The translations under genes were made by a program, and so were the position numbers. A stretch of DNA of 64,000 bases from the human T2T-CHM13v2.0 reference genome, Homo sapiens. The notes under the pieces are model-generated. The model searched no databases. It was given only the letters and a program-made list of their open reading frames with translations, and was not told where the DNA came from. Positions 60,139 to 64,000 of this stretch are shown in pieces. Numbering within the stretch: position 1 is the stretch's first letter; each line of letters opens with the position of its first letter. The stretch lies in assembly GCF_009914755.1 (NCBI RefSeq), contig NC_060942.1; one strand, 5' to 3'.

Positions 60139-60538
<400 letters not shown>

Positions 60539-60617
60539 TCAATGGATGCCTATGGCAGCTTGCGGGACATCTTGGAAGGAAATGGATTGATCTGCCTGAT
60601 TTGGCCTAGTGGCCTGA

Positions 60618-60968
<351 letters not shown>

Positions 60969-61596
60969 CCCCCAGGTTCTTCTTAAAGCATCAATTGGCT
61001 TGATCGTCCCCTTCTTCCCCCGAAATTTATATATAAAGTAGATATATATAAATTGCCTCCCTGAGTCACATATCCTTGAGGACCACGTCATGGAGACTTT
61101 GCAAGGTCATAGGAGGGCTGGGCCCCTAGAATCCCCTAAGTCAGAGGCCTATTGGGCAACCAGTGTCTGTGAGACTGGAAGCCTGGGAGACTCTAAAATC
61201 ATGCTGAGATCATGATGAATTCCCCATCAATGTCTGTCATTCAGAAGTCTGGAAACCCAAATTGAGAAGTTCCCAAACAAAACTGCTGGACCTTGAAGAG
61301 GCTACAAAAGAGTGAGCTGTGGTGCCTCCATCACTCAGGAATGTGAGGGGCTGGCCAGCTCTTCTGGTCCTAGTTCTCCTTTGTGTCACCCCCTCCTTGG
61401 CTTATACCTTGCCAAACTAAATCTTCTTCCATTACCGTCACACAATTAGAATCAGGCCAGCAGCAGGGGCAATTTTGTCAAGTTGTGAAATGCAAACAGC
61501 TTTCTACCTTAATTGCTACCACTCTTCTGCTGCTGTTACTCTTGATTGCATCAGCACACTTCTAAATTTGGTGAATTTTTCTCTTTTATGGGAGAC

Positions 61597-61620
61597 GTGT
61601 GTGTGTGTGTGTGTGTGTGT
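61597..61620. repeat. (GT)n microsatellite
   Basis: Directly visible. Confidence 0.95.
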
Positions 61621-62844
61621 TCAGGAAAGCCACACTCTGGTCATGTCTCTAGGTCTCTAAGGAGCCCTCTCCTTGTCTGCATGGCTGGTCACCGTCCCAT
61701 GCTGACCACCTCACCCTCCTGCCTAGGGGCCAGACCATGAGGGTTGGCATCGCAGCCTCCATGGCCTCCTTATGATTTGGCTCTCATGCTCTATCCGGCA
61801 CTCTCTTTGGTCTCCACTGACTTTGGTGCCAATGAGTCCTCTGGATGCCTTTCCACAACCTCAGGAAAGGCAGCCTATCCTGACTCATGGTTTTGGATGT
61901 GAAGTTGTTGCTTCTAAGCTAAGTGTGGTCAGGAAGTCTGTCCATCTATGTTTGTCAGGTAAGCCAAACAGATTTGTTGCATCCCAACCCTGTGGCAGGC
62001 ACTCTGCTAAGCACGAGGACCCAGAGAAGAAGGATGGTTTCTGCTTTGGGGAGCTCTCCATCTAGGAGGGAGAGTGATTCACGAACACATTATTTCAAAA
62101 CAATGTGGCAAATTAAGGGGTAGAAAAAATGGGTCCCGAAATGCACTCGGAAGGTTTGGTTCAGCCAGATCTGATGGTTTAGGCTGCTGTTCTGATTGGA
62201 CGGTACCCGGACAGAGCTGGAGTGTCAATATTTTGAGTATCCCCTGAGAGATACAAAGCAGAGTGCTGAGGAGAAAGAATCAGATCAGCCGTGGGATGGG
62301 GGAGGATAGGTACCTCAGCTCTGACTTACTTAGTGATGACTTGAAAGCGGAGGAAGGAGGAAGTGAAGAGGAAGGGAAAGAGTATACCAGGCAGTGGCAT
62401 CACCGTAGGCTGCATGAGTGCAAGCATGCAGAAGCCAGGTGTGCACGGATATCCCCATGGCCAAGTCCTTGAGGGTGGTGGAGAGCGGTGGGAGGCAAGG
62501 TGCCCTATGAATGGTGGGTAAGCTCCAGAGGGACTTGGCCTGGTTTTTAAAAAGAGTATCTGGCACCCAAGAAAATAATGGAGTGAGGGAGTCAAGACTA
62601 GAGAAGGAAGTCTGAGGTTTAGTTAGGGAATAATTGCAACTCCCTAGAAAATAGACAATCCATTTTTATGGGGTGTCCCTTCATTCCCATTTCATGTATA
62701 TTTCCCTCTTCATCCATAGCTTTGAGGCAAGTGACTGAAGGGCCATTCCCTTCCTCCTTTTCCTCCTCCTCCTCCTCCTCTATGTCTTTTTCCTCCTCTT
62801 CTCATCCTTCCTCTCCTCCTCCTTTTTCTGTTTCTTCTTTTGTT

Positions 62845-63170
62845 GTGTACTTTTTATTTTGAAATAATCTCTATAGACTCACCAGAAGTTGCCTAAATGG
62901 TACAGAGCCCTCTTTAACTCTCACCCAGCCTTCATCCAATAATATCATCTTACTTAATTTTAGTATAGTATCAAAACTAAGAAACCGTCATTGGAACAAA
63001 ACTGTTAAGCAGGCTACAGACTACTCAGATTTCATGTTTCTACATGCATCTATGTGTGTCTGTGTAGTTGTATGCAATTTTATCACGTATGTGTCTTCGG
63101 GTGACCTCCACCCTCATCAAGATACATAATGGTGCCATCACCCCCAGGGACCTCCTGCACTGCTCTTCAC
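62845..63170 (-). mobile_element. L1MC/MD-type 3' fragment
   Basis: tttattttgaaataat...tagactcac...agaagttgc...tcacccagc...atcaaaactaagaaa...tatgcaattttatcac. Confidence 0.65.
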
Positions 63171-64000
63171 AGCTTCACCACCCCCTCCCCCACCCCCCGC
63201 CCCTGCCGCCCACCCTGTCCTGAAGATCCACTCTGATGAGCTAAGCTATGGGGTTCAAACAGTTGCTGACACCAAAAGGAAGAAAAATATGCTTCTTGGC
63301 ACATAGAAACCTTTGACTTTTTGCACTCTCTCCATATGGGTCAGGCTTAACCCCTGGAGGTTATGAATGTCATGGTGGACTCTGTGCTTTGGCCTGAAGC
63401 AGTATGTGTTGCTATTCCTGAGTCTGAGAGCGGCTGATATTCGTGCCTGGGCTGCAGCCTTTCTTTAAAGCACCTTCTTTATGAGATCTCTCATATCCTC
63501 AGGGCAGGACAAAACTGGGGGTTAGTCAGCAATGGACATGATGATTTTAACATATGCTAGAGGTGCACAAGAAGTAATTATTATGTGGCCTAGTGCACAT
63601 TTATTTTACAGACGTCATTGTTCTCGTATTTCTTTTAAAAAGCCCATTCCTTCCCAAATGGTGAATCATTTGTTCAATAATAACTTCTCATTCTCTCAGT
63701 CTATTGTGTACTTGAAATTCATAAATATCACTTATGTACAGACTGACCTCACCATAGATGCATTCCTGAATGTATATATAAGCCAGATATTTCAGTATTC
63801 AATTGTAAGTATAGCAAGTCAAAGTGATTGTAGTTTTGGAGATGTCATAATAGCAGCTTAGATTTGAAATCGTCTTGAGATATCATCTGGTATAGGTTTT
63901 GCTTTACTTAGGAATCACTTCTCCAAAGCACTGATGTTCATGGATGTTTGGGGATAGGAGTTCATGGCTCGTGGGGCCACGGATCACTCCATGTCAGAGA

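Noticed and set aside
63532-63861. 109-aa ATG-initiated ORF in AT-rich unique sequence
   Set aside because: No recognisable homology or exon context; length is within chance expectation.

Overview
Primate (almost certainly human) genomic DNA from the GATA6 locus, which is at 18q11.2 in human by recall. Positions 1-3716 are the end of the last GATA6 intron. The terminal exon starts at 3717 and encodes the last 55 residues (AGAPVMTG...[11 protein letters not shown], stop at 3882-3884), followed by an AU-rich 3' UTR of about 1.7 kb. The remaining ~58 kb is gene-free downstream sequence with roughly 45 Alu/Alu-monomer pieces plus MIR, L2, old L1, MLT and Tigger/MER5 relics. The GATA6 exon is missing from the supplied ORF track, and none of the listed ORFs is a credible gene. 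The most unusual structure is a 2.2-kb, almost G-free tetranucleotide-coded VNTR (34987-37204) with 22 higher-order units of 80-108 bp. Also notable: a textbook cryptic splice acceptor inside the GATA6 last exon, tandem poly(A) signals that partition miRNA sites, a 409-bp pyrimidine tract in the likely termination zone, and a twin-primed L1MA-Alu-monomer chimera. I found no evidence of a new multi-gene system, and all functional ideas below are hypotheses. Repeat boundaries and subfamilies were assigned by eye and are approximate.
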